A stretch of DNA of 64,000 nt from Octopus sinensis (Eukaryota), in NCBI RefSeq assembly GCF_006345805.1, contig NC_043015.1:33728001-33792000 (forward strand). The letters are read 5' to 3'. The position numbers and the translations under genes were made by a program. The notes beneath the pieces are model-generated. The model was not told the origin of the DNA and ran no database searches. It saw only the letters and a program-made list of their open reading frames with translations. Shown piece after piece: positions 23,321 to 37,739 of the stretch; within the stretch, counting starts at the first letter, position 1, and every line of letters starts with the position of its first letter.

Positions 23321-25496
23321 GATACTGCAGTATCTCAAACAGGAACCAAATTATAGTAATTATAAACAAACTAATCAGAAAAGCTTCTGATCAGAAAACA
23401 GAGATAATATTTTATGCAGCAGAGTATGTTGGATAGGAAAACCATGGTTTATTATTGTGTTTCTTTACAAAAGTAATTTTCATATGGATAACCAAAGACT
23501 CACAGAATAAAATATGAATATAATGAAGTTTAATTAGAGTTGAAATCTAGCAATGAAGAATATTAAATATAGTAGAATTTGGTTTTAGGTTAAATGATAA
23601 CCAAAATGTTTAGGTAAACCACCATTCCTTACAGGTATCTCATTTGCTCAACAACAGAGGTCTGTTCACATGGGAAATGATTTAAATAAAATCAGATACT
23701 ATGAGCATAAGAACTGTACAATTTGGTCCCAAACTGCAATGAAAATAAACATTATACAAAATCATTTAAAATTATGATTTACTTAATTCTTATTAAAAAA
23801 AATTTTTTTAATAAAATTATTTTTGTCATTTTACCATTTCACCCCCTTGAAGTTGAGTAATTCCTACCCAACAATCTTTTTTCTTCTCATTTTCTTTAGT
23901 GAAAAAACATTAATGCTCAACATTAAGCTTAATGTGAAATCAAAAAGTAAATATTGCAGTGTGTATATAAATGGAATTGTTGACCATTCTCAGACATGTC
24001 GGAATCCAGAACACAGTGACCCAGAATAATTATCATACAGCTTTCTAACAGCTCTACCTGTCTACTGAGTGTGTGTGAGAGAGAGGAGAGAGAGAGCATA
24101 GAGAGTGTGTGTGTGTGTGTGTGTGTGAACATTTAATTTTTAATATTTTAAAGTCTTTTTTTAAAAGATTCAACACATCAGATGTTGGTTTGGTCCCTTC
24201 GCAGGAAGAACTTTTCAAGAGTTAAAAGGTTTCTGCAGTGAAGAAATACACAAGTATTATCTTCATTTTTTTTTTTTTTTAATTTCATACAATCAATTAT
24301 ATACTGTATTCTTTCTTTTTTAGCATCATTACCATCACAGAATTGTCTTCGTTATCGTGATAAGAATATTGATGAGGGTGGCAGGGAGCAACAGAGAGAA
24401 ATGCAAATGAATTTAATGAGCAATTAAAGAGAGAGAGAAATCAAACAATCTTTCAGCAAACATCATGCAACATTCAGAAAAGACCATTCCAATGATAAAA
24501 AGTTAATCAAGTAATTGATGAAGAAATACTTAGGTTCAACAAAAGAACTCCAAATTGGTTTGAATAAGTGAAAAAGTTCAAAAGAAGGAATTTATTGAAG
24601 ATTACATTGAGCTGATTAGTTGTGAATGTGATTATAGCTTCCACTTTGTTCCAGCGGGGGCAGCTGAACAGAGCTGATACTTTGGTAAATGTAGGAAACA
24701 ATAAAAGCCAAAAGGAATTTCTACAGTTTATTAGTTTAATCTAACATGTTCCTTCAGACTTCAAAAAGAATGTAATTGGACCAGATTCTTTGTGGGAGTG
24801 CAATGATTAGATAAATGAGAGAAAATTGATGATGATGATGATGAATATTAACATTGGAACTATTTAGTGTGTTAATGTTCTGGGGTTTTGTAACTGGAAT
24901 AGTTTTAAAACTGAAACTGAAATCTCAGCGAGAGAGAGGGAGAGAGAGATGCACAGATGCAGGGAGACAGAGAAAGACAGTGGGGGAGAGAAACAGAATT
25001 TGATCCTAATGTATATTTAGTGAAAAGAATACTTAAATGAAATAACCTTAAAGATGAAGATTATCTTACATATGGATGTAAATATACAGAGTCCTGTTCT
25101 ACTCACTCAAAAAAAAAAAAAAAACAGCAGTATACTAGATCTAACCATATTAGAATACAATTTCACTGAGTCAGCTGTTATGGGAGAGAATTTCACATGG
25201 ATTGTTTACTGTAATGTATGTGTATTTGTGTATATGTAGAGAGGCACATGAAAGGATAGCTGGGTGTGCATATGTATGCATATATATATATACATGCCTG
25301 TGGATGTGTATTGCCAGGATCATTTTCCTATGGTAGCACAGACCACATAAATTTCAACTACTTTTACTATGATTCTTAACAAAATTATAACATCCATTTG
25401 TCACAAAAAAAAAAAAGAAAACTGAAGCAAAAAGCAAAGCTAAATTGTTGAAGGACCTTGGCAGAAAAACTATCAAACCTGTTAGTCATATATATA

Positions 25497-25680
25497 TCAT
25501 CATCATCATCATCGTTTAGCGTCCGCTTTCCATGCTAGCATGGGTTGGGCGGTTCAACTGGGGTCTGGGAAGCCCGAAGGCTGCACCAGGCCCAGTTTGA
25601 CCTGGCAATGTTTCTACGGCTGGATGCCCTTCCTAACGCCAACCACTCCATGAGTGTAGTGGCGTTAGGAAAGACCCGTC
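25497..25680 (-). mobile_element. family D repeat (young copy, (CAT)n tail)
   Basis: (cat)n-cgtttagcgtccgctttccatgctagcatgggttgg...tggatgcccttcctaacgccaaccactcc. CpGs retained. Confidence 0.8.
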
Positions 25681-27039
25681 GTTGCCGGGTCATAGTGCAT
25701 GTATATATGTGTATATATATATATGTGTGTGTACATATTACATGTACATCTATATATATACATCTACACATAAAATACAAAATACAAAGTTATATCTTGA
25801 TATCGCTAGTGATAACAATACTCAAAATATATAACAGACTGGAATTGTAAGCCCATATTTTGTAATTTCAATCAATTGTATCTTGTCCTCCCTCTTGTAT
25901 AGAAGTGTGGCTACAATCCAGCCTACCTCAACTTCTGGGGTGGGTGGGGGGCATTTAAAATTTTTTTCCGGGACGTCCTACGTCCCAGATATAAAGGTAA
26001 AAATAATGCCTGCTCAAAGAATTTCACATTTTCCTGCTTTGTTTCTAACCCCAAATGGCTTGGGTATTTTTTCTACCTAGCACTATGTCTTTCTCCATTT
26101 CTAAATTAAGGGTAAAAATAAAGCAACCCTGCAAAACACAACCAATCTTTACACCCAGGCACACAGAATAAGAGTAATCAATTAACGACAGCAGAGTGCA
26201 CAACAAACATCAGTGATCTGACTGTTACCTGTACTCTTGACAAGAGATGCCAGTTAGTCTTTTACACCTACCAGGCTCATTCGTATCAGCCCAAGTAGCT
26301 GGATAATTTTCCATTCCTTTAAGAATATTGTAGAACAGAAACTTTTCATAGATTGGAATCTAAATCCTAATCTCTACAGAAATTTATTGTTTCAAGACAA
26401 CATTGAATTTGAATTACTTTTAATTCTCATGATTATCAATAGCTCAGTCTGTAACTTCTGAGCCGGAGACTCAGGTGCATGTAAACGATGTTGAGAGAAT
26501 GTCTGCAACAAATGATATCTTTTGACACAGGGCACCTCTAAGATGACCACCAGAAGCTGAACAAAAATAAATGAACTGTGACCAAGCTCAATGAAAGGAG
26601 CCCGAGTTATTGCCTGAAATTACATACTTGAAGCCAGTGTTGGCAGAAATTAAATAGGTTTGCAAATACATGTTCACTTTACCAAATTTATACCTGGGCT
26701 AAGCCCAAATAGCCCAAGTACTAGAGTCACTATTGATTTAATCATCTAAGTCAGTGGTTCACACCATTGTTCCTCAGAGTTTTGCACACACACACAAACA
26801 CACACGCACGCACGCACGCGCGCGCACGCATGCACGTATATATATACTTGTAATTCTTCAAATGATATTGTGGCCATGAAACAGAGTAGAGAGTGTAATC
26901 TCTGTAAATGTACTTGAAGGTCACTTGTCACTGGTTCAAACTGGTCATATGATTTTATATCCATATAACTTCAACCATGATTAGGAACCTTGTGGCCAGT
27001 ATAGGACTGGGAAGTCTCCTTTTATAATTATGCGATATC

Positions 27040-27300
27040 TAGGAGCATGTGGTGTTGCAGAGCATTGCTGCATTCACCATTTGTTGGTATATTCCCAGGT
27101 CTTCCTGGATAACTCAGTTAATCCCCATCTCTGCAAGAGACCTCCCCATCTGCTGTGACCATGTGGCATGCGGTTGACTAACATGAGCTGTCAACCCAGC
27201 CAGATCTTCAGTGAAAAGAACAGGGTAAGCAAGGTATAGCTCAGAAAATCAAGCAACATGGCCAAACTATCTGAGGTGGGGCTCCTGAATCATACACGTT
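27040..27300 (-). pseudogene. 3' end remnant of an RTE-like LINE ORF
   Basis: Minus strand reads IQEPHLR*FGHVA*F...PHATWSQQM...EMG...YQQMVNAAM, resembling the LRxFGHVxR...RPxxTW C-terminal signature. Confidence 0.6.
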
Positions 27301-28896
27301 ATAGGAGCAGGTTTAGTGAAAATTTATTTTAGATGGATGAGAAACCCCCCCCCCCAACCTAGACACAACTGTTTCGGGTGTGTCTACAACGTTGGGTTTC
27401 TGATGGCTGGTTATATTTGTCCCATATGTTATTGGTAAGATAGGAGAAACTGAATTTAGCAGATCCAATATTTTGGAACCAGATTTTAAAGTAGTTGATG
27501 TAAGGTTGAAGTAAATAGGGGGCTGTCTTTGATAAAATCGGTGCATAATTTGTGGAGATAATAAAAAGATGGTGTGAATAGGGTACGAGGGATACATCCT
27601 TGTGGCAGTTAGTTTTGAAAAAAAATCAAACTTTTAGCAGCATTGTTATTGCACACACACTAGAGAGGCTCAACAAGCTGGAAATTAAGAGTCAAACATT
27701 TCTCAAGGAGCTGTCTGATATTTTGTCTATGAGTGGGTAGTGAGGAATGAAGTGGAGGAAAAGTTTTAGTGATGTCCATAGTAATTAAGGTGCGACATGA
27801 ACAGGTTGCATTTGTTGTGTTTTATATGCTTATTATGCTTGTGTGTGTATACATTTGGGTAGCATGCATTGTATTTTGCATGTGTGTTCATGGTGGGGAA
27901 AGTAACTCAAAACTACAGACATGATTTCAATGAAACACTAAGTTACACATACATACATACATACATACATACATACACACACACATACATACACACACAC
28001 ACACACCTCAATAGAATGGTAGGGAACACCTGACCATGAGCTGCAGTAAAACCTTTACAATAAACATTAGATAACAATCAATAGGATTTATGTCAAACTA
28101 TAATTTATCTTAATCAATAATATCTAACATACTAAATAAATAAGACACTAGCCAACAGGATGAATAGCAGAGCTAAGTCTGTGAACTTATCTGAGAAATA
28201 TAGAAGCCAAAGATATTCTAAACACAGGCTCAGTCATTTGTATAGGTACGGTGGTGATAGAGAACTCTCTTTATTCTACATGGCACACAAACATAAACCT
28301 CTTTTGTTTATGAGATCTGTAGAATAAGATCGGTGAAGTTAGCATGTAGAGAGGTGAATCTTGGTATATCAGACAGAATGCTCTACTTTTAAGGATTGCG
28401 TATTCATGATGTGCTCGTGTGTGTGTGTGTGTGTGTGTCTGCATTTCACACAGACAATGAAATTTAACAAACATGTGCACACACTTCAGTAGAACGACAT
28501 GAACACCTGTTCAGGTGCTGCTATAAAACCTTCACAATAAATATTACAAATAATAATCAATAGTAGATGTCTTCTGTTTATATTTCTAGAAAGAGTCAGA
28601 ATAATGGTAAAATTCCAGGTGAGTTAGTAGGTCACAGCTATATTCACCTGGAGTGTAACATACTGTTTAAATATTCTGTTTATTGTCATGGATTATCTCA
28701 GACTAGCAGAGGCAACTCTAGTTTATTACAAATATTTCCATATCGTTTTTTTATCAACTCTTGGCATCTAAATGGACTTAATAAAACCAAAACCATAGCC
28801 TATCACTTGCCAGCGAGTACAGCAAGCAGCATAGACTTTCACTAATTGTTTTAGGTATCTATGTAGTTAGAAACATTGAGAGCTGCCCAGCTCATC

Positions 28897-29116
28897 AAAC
28901 CCCTTTTGATACCCATCTGAGACTGACCCTAGTTCTCTTATACAACTTTTTTAAATGATCTAAATTAAAATTTCCCATCAAAATTCCAAATTAATTTATA
29001 TTCCAAACACAAAGCTTAATAAGAACAAAATGATTTTAAGAAATGTTTCATTGGCTTCAAAATTATTGAAACAAAGACATTGTATTTCAACAGAAATATG
29101 GCAACAAAAAGGTTAA
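28897..29116. mobile_element. piggyBac-like MITE, family 2
   Basis: CCCTTTTGATACC...aacagaaatatGGCAACAAAAAGG|TTAA. Related copies at about 34020-34216 (reverse, partial), 47286-47518 and 54900-55120. Confidence 0.75.
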
Positions 29117-29159
29117 CCCTGCAGAACATGTAGGATGTAATAGTTAGAGGGGGGAGTGA

Positions 29160-29310
29160 GAGCTACCCTAGCACTTCACTGGTACTCGTTTTTTAGCTGA
29201 GCAGATTGGTGCAACATGATATGAAGCACCTTGCTCAAAGACACAGGACACTGCTTCATCCCAGAATTGAACTCGTGACCTTCAGATAATGACCCCTACA
29301 CCCTAATTTA
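29160..29310 (-). mobile_element. family C SINE
   Basis: agctgagcagattggtgcaacatgatatgaagcaccttgctcaaagacac...gaattgaactc. Confidence 0.6.
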
Positions 29311-31129
29311 CTAACAACAAAACTACCTGAAGTGGGTTTGAACTCATAATCAATGTGCTGGTGATTCAATATCTTGCCCATTTAAACTCTGATCTATTGT
29401 CTAAGCCAACTCTGCTGTGACACAGAGGAAAATGACCAACAATTTGGGAATGAACAATGAATGAAGCAAACACTACACTTGAGTCCATTTGAAGTAAAGA
29501 GACATTTTAGTCTAATTAAAGTCAGGATATTGAAGTATTCAACAAAATACTGCTGGACACTGTTGAGGGATACACACAGCACAGCACCCTTACTTAACCA
29601 GGGCATCATACGATAATACAATGCTACTCTGAGATTGTGTAAGATGTATCCTAACTGCCAAAGGTTTTATTTATGTGTTTGGTATTCACCTGATCAGTGT
29701 AGTGGGGCTAGTGGGGCCCTTACTTCAACATGTGAGATATTCAAATGTTTTGAATGATCCTTCAATTCAGATTTCAGAGTTTTCATGTATATTATAATAC
29801 ATAAAAACTCACACAGTCTTATTTAAACGTACACACACACATGGTGATAGGAAGTGATTAAATACAAGATCTGACCTCAATATCGGTGACAATAACAACA
29901 TTCATACACGAACCATGTGGAGTTGACATAAGCTACAGTGCTGAATTACCTTGCAAAATGTGTCACCATGCCTACGCACAACATATGTAAAAATGCCTGT
30001 CTCACATATGTCATCATGTTCATTATCTACATGTTACTATACTCATGTGTTATGCACCATGTTTATTTCCACATGTGTCTGCAAGGCCATGTTACACATG
30101 TTGCCACCATATCATCCTCTTTGTGAGTGTCTCCATAACCAAGTGTCTGACATATTAACATGGTTACAAAGGGAGTTTTTGTCCCACTGGTACCGTTTCT
30201 TGTAATGACTCTCTGGAAACAGCTCACAGCAGCTGCCACCCAAGTGTCCTAATTAGCCACAGAGGTGGTTGTTTCAAAAGTATAGTAATAGCCAGAGTGA
30301 GAACAAGGTGGGAAATGTCTAGGGAATTATCTCTGCTATCAACAAGGGAGCTCTCTCTCTGTCTCTCGGAGAAAAGGGCAGATTGTGTGATATTTGTGTA
30401 CAAAGTGCAATGTTGCATGATAGCAAAACATGGGAACAGAAGGTGGAGGGTTTGCTAAGTCTGTAAAGAAATGAGATATGCATACTTTGCTGGTGTAATA
30501 GTATTAGCGTTCATGAATGAGGGAACACAAAATAAGCTGAACAGAGAGCTGGGTGGAAGAGGAATCAGACAATTTGTGGTGGAGAGAAGACGGTATGAGT
30601 ATATGATGTGCATAGAGAATGACAGTTGGGTAAACAAATGTTAAGTAATCCATATAGAAGGAATCTGCAGAAACCCGAGGAAGTGATGGGAAGAAATGAA
30701 GAAAACTAAATCCCAAGAGGCCATAGCTCACATAAGAGATGCTGCAATACACATACACACACACACACACACAGACAGAGGCTCCAATACAATAAAAAAG
30801 AAAAGACACACATATAATTCAATCAGAAAAGATTCAGTTTACCATTTTCACAATCATAACATATGAAGTAAGTATTTAGGTGAGTAATTATATTTTATTT
30901 CTGAATAATTTTCCCATAAAAGATTGTTTTTAATATTTATTCCAACCATAATTAAATTCCATAACCTCTAGCATGTTAAATAGAGCAACAAAGCTTTTAA
31001 TTACATTTCATCAGTAATTTTCAAAAATATTCTCCTCTTTCATTTATTTTTTCCATTAAATCTTCCTGAAATATTTTCATTTACTTTTACAGAATAATTA
31101 AAAATGAATTTAATAATTTCTTATGAATT

Positions 31130-31670
31130 TTTCTATCGTTTATTATAGTTTTCTAGGCTTTAACAAAGGAATTTCAAACTGGCTGCCCCTGGGAGCTCCT
31201 GTACACTGATGACCATGTTCCTATAGCTAAATCACTACCTAAACTAGAGAGGAAATTTCAGGTGTGGAAGCAAAGTCTGAAATCGATGGGCCTTAGAATT
31301 AATTTATCTAAGACCAAACTCCTAATAAGTAGGAAAACAGACAAATCTCAAGTCCCTTCAAGAAGGCCCAGTTCATTATGTAGGAAAGGTGTTGGTAGAA
31401 ACTCCATACAGTGTACAAAGTGCAAGCTATGGACACAAAAGAGCTACAGCGGTATCACAGGATGGTTAACAGAAAAAGTAGTCTTTGTGCGGGACAGATG
31501 GGCAGGTGCAATAAATACTAAGAACACACAGAGAATAGACTTCTTCAAATATTTGTAGTAGATAGCTTCTGTTACCTAGGCAACTTAGCTGTGGAGGACA
31601 GAATTCTGAAAGTGTAGTTGCTTAAATAAGAACAGGCTGAGCAAAGTTCAGAGAGCTGCTATCTTTCTTG
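31130..31670 (+). pseudogene. RTE-clade reverse transcriptase C-terminal fragment with a Cys-rich insert
   Basis: EFQTGCPWELLYTDDHVPIAKSLPKLERKFQVWKQSLKSMGLRINLSKTK (YADD box mutated to YTDD), then SLCRKGVGRNSIQCTKCKLWT, then VVDSFCYLG. Confidence 0.88.
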
Positions 31671-32334
31671 CCTTAACAACAACAATAACAATAATAATCC
31701 TTTCTGCCAGAGGCACAAGATCTGGAATTTAGTGGGAGGAGATTTATTGATACCATTAATTAGTAATTTATTTTATCAGCCCTAAAATGATGTCGGGCGA
31801 AGTTGATCCCAGCAGGATTTGAGCTCAGAAATGCAAGTAAGCAGAACAAATGCAGCAAGGAATTTGTTCTGATGTTCTAATGATTGTATTTAGTCTAATA
31901 ATTTACAGTAGAGGCCATAATTGACTGTGGTGACAATGAGGTGTCAGGCTGACAATGAACTGATCCAGACAAATGAGTTTTGCAGGCTCAGTTCATCCCA
32001 GCCGTGAACAGGCATCAATGGAATGGTTGGTAAAGCTGACAGTTGTAAGAAGTATAAGCTGTGTCAAATTAACAAACATTAGCAATACTTAAGTTACATG
32101 TTGTGATATTGGATCATGATGGAAGCTAGCAGAACTAAATCATGGTTTCCAGTGGATCATGTCAGAAGCTAGTAGAACTAAGTGATATCCTCCAGGAGTC
32201 AGAGGTCATGACAGAAGCCCTTATACAGTTGCCCTGTTTAACCAGTTCAATCCACTCTACATCAAAATGAACTCAGTATAAATGTTATTAAACATGTGAT
32301 ACAACAGATCTATAATTAAAGTCCTAATTGTGAT

Positions 32335-32522
32335 GCTAGGTGGTAAGAGGCTTGCTTCCCAACCACATGGTTCTGGGTTCAGTCCCATTGCATGGCACCT
32401 TGGGCTGACCAAAGCTTTGAGAGTGGATTTGGTTAATGGAAACTGAAAGAAGCCCATTATATATATATATATATATACATACATATATATGTGTGTGTGT
32501 GTGTGTGTATACATTTTATTTA

Positions 32523-32573
<51 letters not shown>

Positions 32574-32780
32574 GTGTGTGTGTGTATGCATGTGAGTCTT
32601 TGTTTGTCCCTCCACCATTGCTTGACAATCAATGGTGGTGTGTTTATGTCCCTATAACTTAGTGGTTTGGCAAAAGAGACCAATAGAATAAGTACTAGGC
32701 TTACAAAGAATAAGTCCTGAGGTCAATTTGTTTTACTAGAAACCCTTAAAGACAGTGCTCCAGCATGGCTGCAATCAAAT
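32335..32780 (+). mobile_element. family A SINE with expanded internal (TA)n/(TG)n
   Basis: tggtaagaggcttgcttcccaaccacatggttctgggttcagtccc...gtgctccagcatggctgcaatcaaatgactgaaac. Confidence 0.85.
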
Positions 32781-32879
32781 GACTGAAACATGCAAAAGAA
32801 TATCTTTTATCCAGTCATTGTGTATCTAGGACTACATTATCCAATGTAAGGCAGCAGGGTAAGACTGGGAGTGAAATTT

Positions 32880-33080
32880 TATCCTTTCCTACTCAAACTG
32901 GCCATATCAGGTCCAAATATTCGACCTGTTTTATGTTCAAACTGACCAGATCAAATCCTACAATGTTCTCACATCATTGAAATCTCAAAGCTACAAGGAA
33001 GGTAGAGTATGATGAATTGAAAACAATTTGAATAAATAAGCATCACATTTGACAGAACAATCTCAATGCTCAAGGGTTAA
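32880..33080. mobile_element. family 1 MITE
   Basis: aaactggccatatcaggtccaaatattc...aatgctcaagggttaa. Confidence 0.75.
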
Positions 33081-33092
33081 ACAGGTATTTTT

Positions 33093-33325
33093 AAGGTGGC
33101 GAGCTGGCAGAAACAGCACACCGGGCGAAATGCGTAGCCGTATTTCGTCTGCCATTATGTTCTGAGTTCAAATTCCACCGAGGTCAACTTTGCCTTTCAT
33201 CTTTTCGGGGTTGATAAATTAAGTACCAGTTATGCACTGGGGTCGATGTAATTGACTTAATCCGTTTGTCTGTCCTTATTTGTCCCCTCTGTGTTTAGCC
33301 CCTTGTGGGTAGTAAAGAAATAGGT
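33093..33325 (+). mobile_element. family B SINE (third tail type)
   Basis: ggtggcgagctggcagaaac...ttctgagttcaaattcc...taagtaccagttatgcactggggtcgat, followed by the tail ttaatccgtttgtctgtcc...agccccttgtggg. Near-identical copy at 39168-39382. Confidence 0.85.
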
Positions 33326-34347
33326 ATTTTTAGCAGGTTAATCAACTTGCAGAGCCTCCCTTGTTTATACATTAACGAAGGTTTCAGGCCACAAATAGTA
33401 AAAGCTATTTTTAATAGCAAGCATTCCTTGTGCCACCAGCCCCACTCTGCACCACCTAAAACATACAAACTAACCTTTCGGTACATAAAAACCTCACCAA
33501 AAAATGAAGAAGATATAAAACAAAAATCTCACTAGAATTTTTAAGTGGATGTGTTTGCTCAAAGCAAAAGAAACCAAAAATGTGCCAAAATGAAAGCAGC
33601 AGTTGCCAATTTTCTTATTTCCAAACTCTCAAACTCCTCCACTTAATCATTTATATGCACCATCGCTGCAGAATGCCACATGTGAACCACTTGAATGAGT
33701 GACATTTCAATATTAACCTCATCATAAACCATGATGACTAATTTAATTAATGATGTCATTGCTCGGCAAGAAACAGATACACTCTTTTAATCCTGTCTTT
33801 GGGGCTTCTGCTCTTTCTGTCTGCAATTAGCGCTTATAATGATTGATCTCTTTATATTTCGGTAAATACTGAAATATAGAGAAGGAGATACAGGTGCTAT
33901 GTAAAGACATAACTTCAGTGAATAAAATAATCCTATATCATACTAAGGTAAAGAATCTTTTTGGTCACGAATGACCATGGAATTGCACCAAGAAAGTTCC
34001 CCCCTGGGACACATGCCTAGGCTCTGTGTTTCATTCATTTAATTTTAAATATAACAAAGAATTTAATAAAAGAATTTAGTTACCATTAAGCTAGTGTTGG
34101 GAACATAAATTGTGACTAAGGTTTGGTGGAAGATTTTAATTCAAAACTTATGAAAACAAGACATTTGTACTACAGAGCCAGAGGCGGTTTTGGCTGGGTT
34201 GGTATCAAAAAGGTTAAGTCATCCTTTAAATTTCATGCCAACTGGTAATATGTAACTGCCAAACATTATAGAACTGCATGGACCTGTATTATTAGCATGA
34301 CAAATAGTTTTTGTTTAATGCTGATCAAAAATACCAAAAGGCAACCA

Positions 34348-34563
34348 TTAACCCATTAGCATTTAAACCAGTCAAATCCAGCCAAAATATTCTACCTGTT
34401 TTATGTTCAAACTGGTTGGATCTGGCCTATTACACCAACCCTACATTATCATTCTAAAAATTAAGAGTTACCTCATCAAACTCTCAAAGTTACAAAATAA
34501 TTCAAAGCAATGAGAATAAATAAGCATTACTTTTGACAGAGTAATTCTGAATGCTAAAGGGTT
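34348..34563. mobile_element. family 1 MITE
   Basis: ttaacccattagcatttaaacc...tctgaatgctaaagggtt. Confidence 0.85.
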
Positions 34564-36453
34564 GTCATGAAATTGCAAAAAACCAAAAGTAATATTTAAT
34601 TTAAAATTCAATAAACAATTTCACAAAACTAATGACAGAATGTTGCCATGAAAATTCTAAATTTCAAATCAAAAAATGAGAAATAGTAAAAAAAAAAATG
34701 ATATGATTAAAATTTCTCAAAACATTACATTCTGATTTGAGGGAAGAAAAATTTTGGAAGGTCGAAATATAAATGTTAGCATCAGCTTGCCTCAGATTTA
34801 TATATTCTATAGAAAATATTTAGTTTTTATTTGAAAAAAAAATTAAAACAAAACCAAATTATAATTAGTGCAATTCTAAGGTCTTTTTCCCTTCATTTTC
34901 TGAAAAGGTTAGATCAATTAAATTCAGTAATGAAGATAATCATGATGAACAGAGGAATATTTTTATAACATAACCACCTACACTTTAATTTCCGGTGTTT
35001 TGTTGGAAGACATTTTATGAAGTGTGGGCTGGTTGGCTTTTAATTATCTTTAAAAAAAAATAATTTCAGTTAATGGTGACATTACCTAAGTTGTGTTTGT
35101 TAGCCTGAATGTTGTTTATCATGTTATTGTGTTTATGAAAGAATTCCAGAGTCGATAATACAGAGGTTGGGTGAAGAAACTGGGCTTTTTTGCTTTCTTT
35201 TTTACCTGTTGAAAGATGACATTTCATTGAAGCGATACCCTTCTAAACTATGCAATGATAGCTTAACTTAGTAAAACATGACTATGGCCATGCTGGAGCA
35301 CCATCTTCATGGATTTTAGACAACTATATCGATCCCATTATGTACTTTATTGATCTTTAATTTATCAAATTGCTAAGTTATACTTTGAAATGACACACTA
35401 TTCAACTTACTGATTTACAAAAATGTGCATACACACAATAAAAACAGGTGTGACTGTGTGATTAAGAAGTACCTTGGTGTATTTAGTTATATCCCTTGAC
35501 ATTCTGAGTTCAAATCCTACTATGGTTTAGCTATGCTTTTTTCTTCCTTTCAGAGTCAATAAAATGACCATCAGTTATGGTCACTGGGAGTGAGGTGGCA
35601 TCACTTGAAAGCTACAACAATGCAAGGAAGCAATTGTGACCAGCAGGGTCTACCAACATCTGATAGTTTAGTCAATACGGTGAGATAAGTATGTGTTTGT
35701 CCCTACCCCCCACCACCTGACAACCAGTGTTGGTCTTGTTTACATCCCCATAACTTAGCAGTTCAGCAAAACAAACCGATAGAATAAGTACAAACTTTAA
35801 AAATGGGTACTCGGGCTGATTTTCTCAGCTAAACCCGACAAGGCAATGCCCTAGCATGGTTAGAGTCCAATGATGGAAACAAATAAAAGATAAAGTCAGG
35901 CTACTCTAGTTGCCACAGTCTGAGTGCATGACAGCAGCACCACACCCACCTGAAGATCGATGGGTAATAGTAAGCTTTAAATATCATAACTGCAGAATTG
36001 TGAAAATTTTCAACTGCTCTGGCGTTCGAAAAGGTTTTCTTTTTTTAAGCATCAACAACAGCAATGACAACAACAACATATTTAGATGCAGATTTATGAC
36101 TTCAACAGATGAAGAAATGAATAAATGGGTAGAAATTGAGGGAGAAGAGAAAATGTGAAAAGGTTAGAGGATGGGAGAGTGGGGTGGGGGTGAAATTAAC
36201 AGTGATTCCTTGACCGTATCTGAACAGACATTCAAATTTACATATTGATTCAACATAATTCTAAATTCCCTTGAAAGATACATACTTAGCATTAGATTCA
36301 AACCATTTAACAGATGAGGGGAGGGGGAATCACACCCTAGATCGAACAACAGTCTTTCATGAGTGATTTAAAAGGAAAGAAAGATCTGGAATATGTAAGG
36401 CTGGCCAACTGAATGAATTGCAATAGATTTGAACTCACATACTGCTAATTTGG

Positions 36454-36470
36454 TAGTGGCCCCTAGTGGT
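36454..36470 (-). promoter_or_regulatory. candidate CTCF-binding motif
   Basis: Reverse complement ACCACTAGGGGCCACTA is one mismatch from the CCACYAGRKGGCRCYA consensus, in non-repeat context. Motif match only. Confidence 0.3.
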
Positions 36471-37739
36471 CCCTAGCAGAACGGTCAGTAATTAAAGAGT
36501 GTGATAGGTGTCGGGTGCGTACTGTTAGCCTAGGTCAACGAATGTATGAATTACACAAAAATCAGTATTGATTTCAACAGAATCTTTCTGCAGTAAACAA
36601 GACAATGGTAAGAATTGGTGCATTTTCGCATTGAATAATTGCAAAGTAAGTGTATAGATGTACATAGATTCCATGACAGAACAATTAAGCAAGAAGGAAG
36701 AGGAAGGAGAGAGAGAGAGAGAAAGTAGTGCAGAATTTAGTATTTCAATGTTAGTGTTGGGAGGATGCCAGAATTGTGGTAGAATTTGAGACAAAGAGAG
36801 AGTGAAAGAGATACAATGAAGGAAGGCAGGGAAAAAAGAGGGAGAGATATAAGGGAGGAAAAGGGGAAATAAGGAGTGATAGTGGTAGAGAGATAGGAGG
36901 GGAGAAGAATAGAGAAATTAGGAGAGGGGTGTAGTGAGAGAAGAGAAGCAGAAAGAGGGAGAGCAAAAACCACGAGAGAATAGTTTAAAAAACTGAACAT
37001 AAGGAATTTGTGCAAAAGTGAAAGTAGAGAAACAAAGACAAAAGATTTGGATGATTGGAATTATCAATAGGAGAGAATGAGTAGCATATATTCTTATGCA
37101 TGAGTGATTGTGCATGTGTGTGTGTGTATGTGTGTGCGTGTGTGTGTGTGCGTGCGTATGTGTGTGCATGTGTGCGTGTGTGTGCATGTGTGCGTGTGTG
37201 TGTGCATGTAACAGGTTTCTCTTTGCAAATATCTGAATAATGTATGTTTAGGTGGACACAGGTTTTGTCTCTGCGTGCATGATGGCATGTGCACCTGCAT
37301 GTGTGTGTGTGTGTATTAATTAGATGCTGTCCACAGAACAGCCGGTTGTTGTTAGCCTCAAGTAAGCTCCAAGTAAAGAGATCTATGATCAAAGACTTCT
37401 CATCCATGACCATCCCATCTTTTTGATATATGTGTGTGCGCACGTGCGTGCGTGTATGTGTGTGTATGCAACAACATATGTAAACAAACTTGTTTTTTTG
37501 TTTTTGGAAGCATCGAATGTGTATCGTATCATATATAGAGACAGGAAAGTAATATTCTGAATGCAGTACAGCCGTGAAAACAGCAGAAAGTTTAGGGACT
37601 TTACCCTTATATCATGGAAAAAGCTATCAGCAGACATAAGTATGAATATACATGTTAACACATACACACACATACATGTGTGTGTGTGTATGTGTGTGTG
37701 TGTGTATTTACTTTTTTTAATACATGATGGACTCTCCTG

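Noticed and set aside
27340-27410. Minus-strand GAAACAGTTGTG resembling the 3' half of a hammerhead
   Set aside because: No CUGANGA box or convincing stem II upstream; at most a decayed Penelope-like end.
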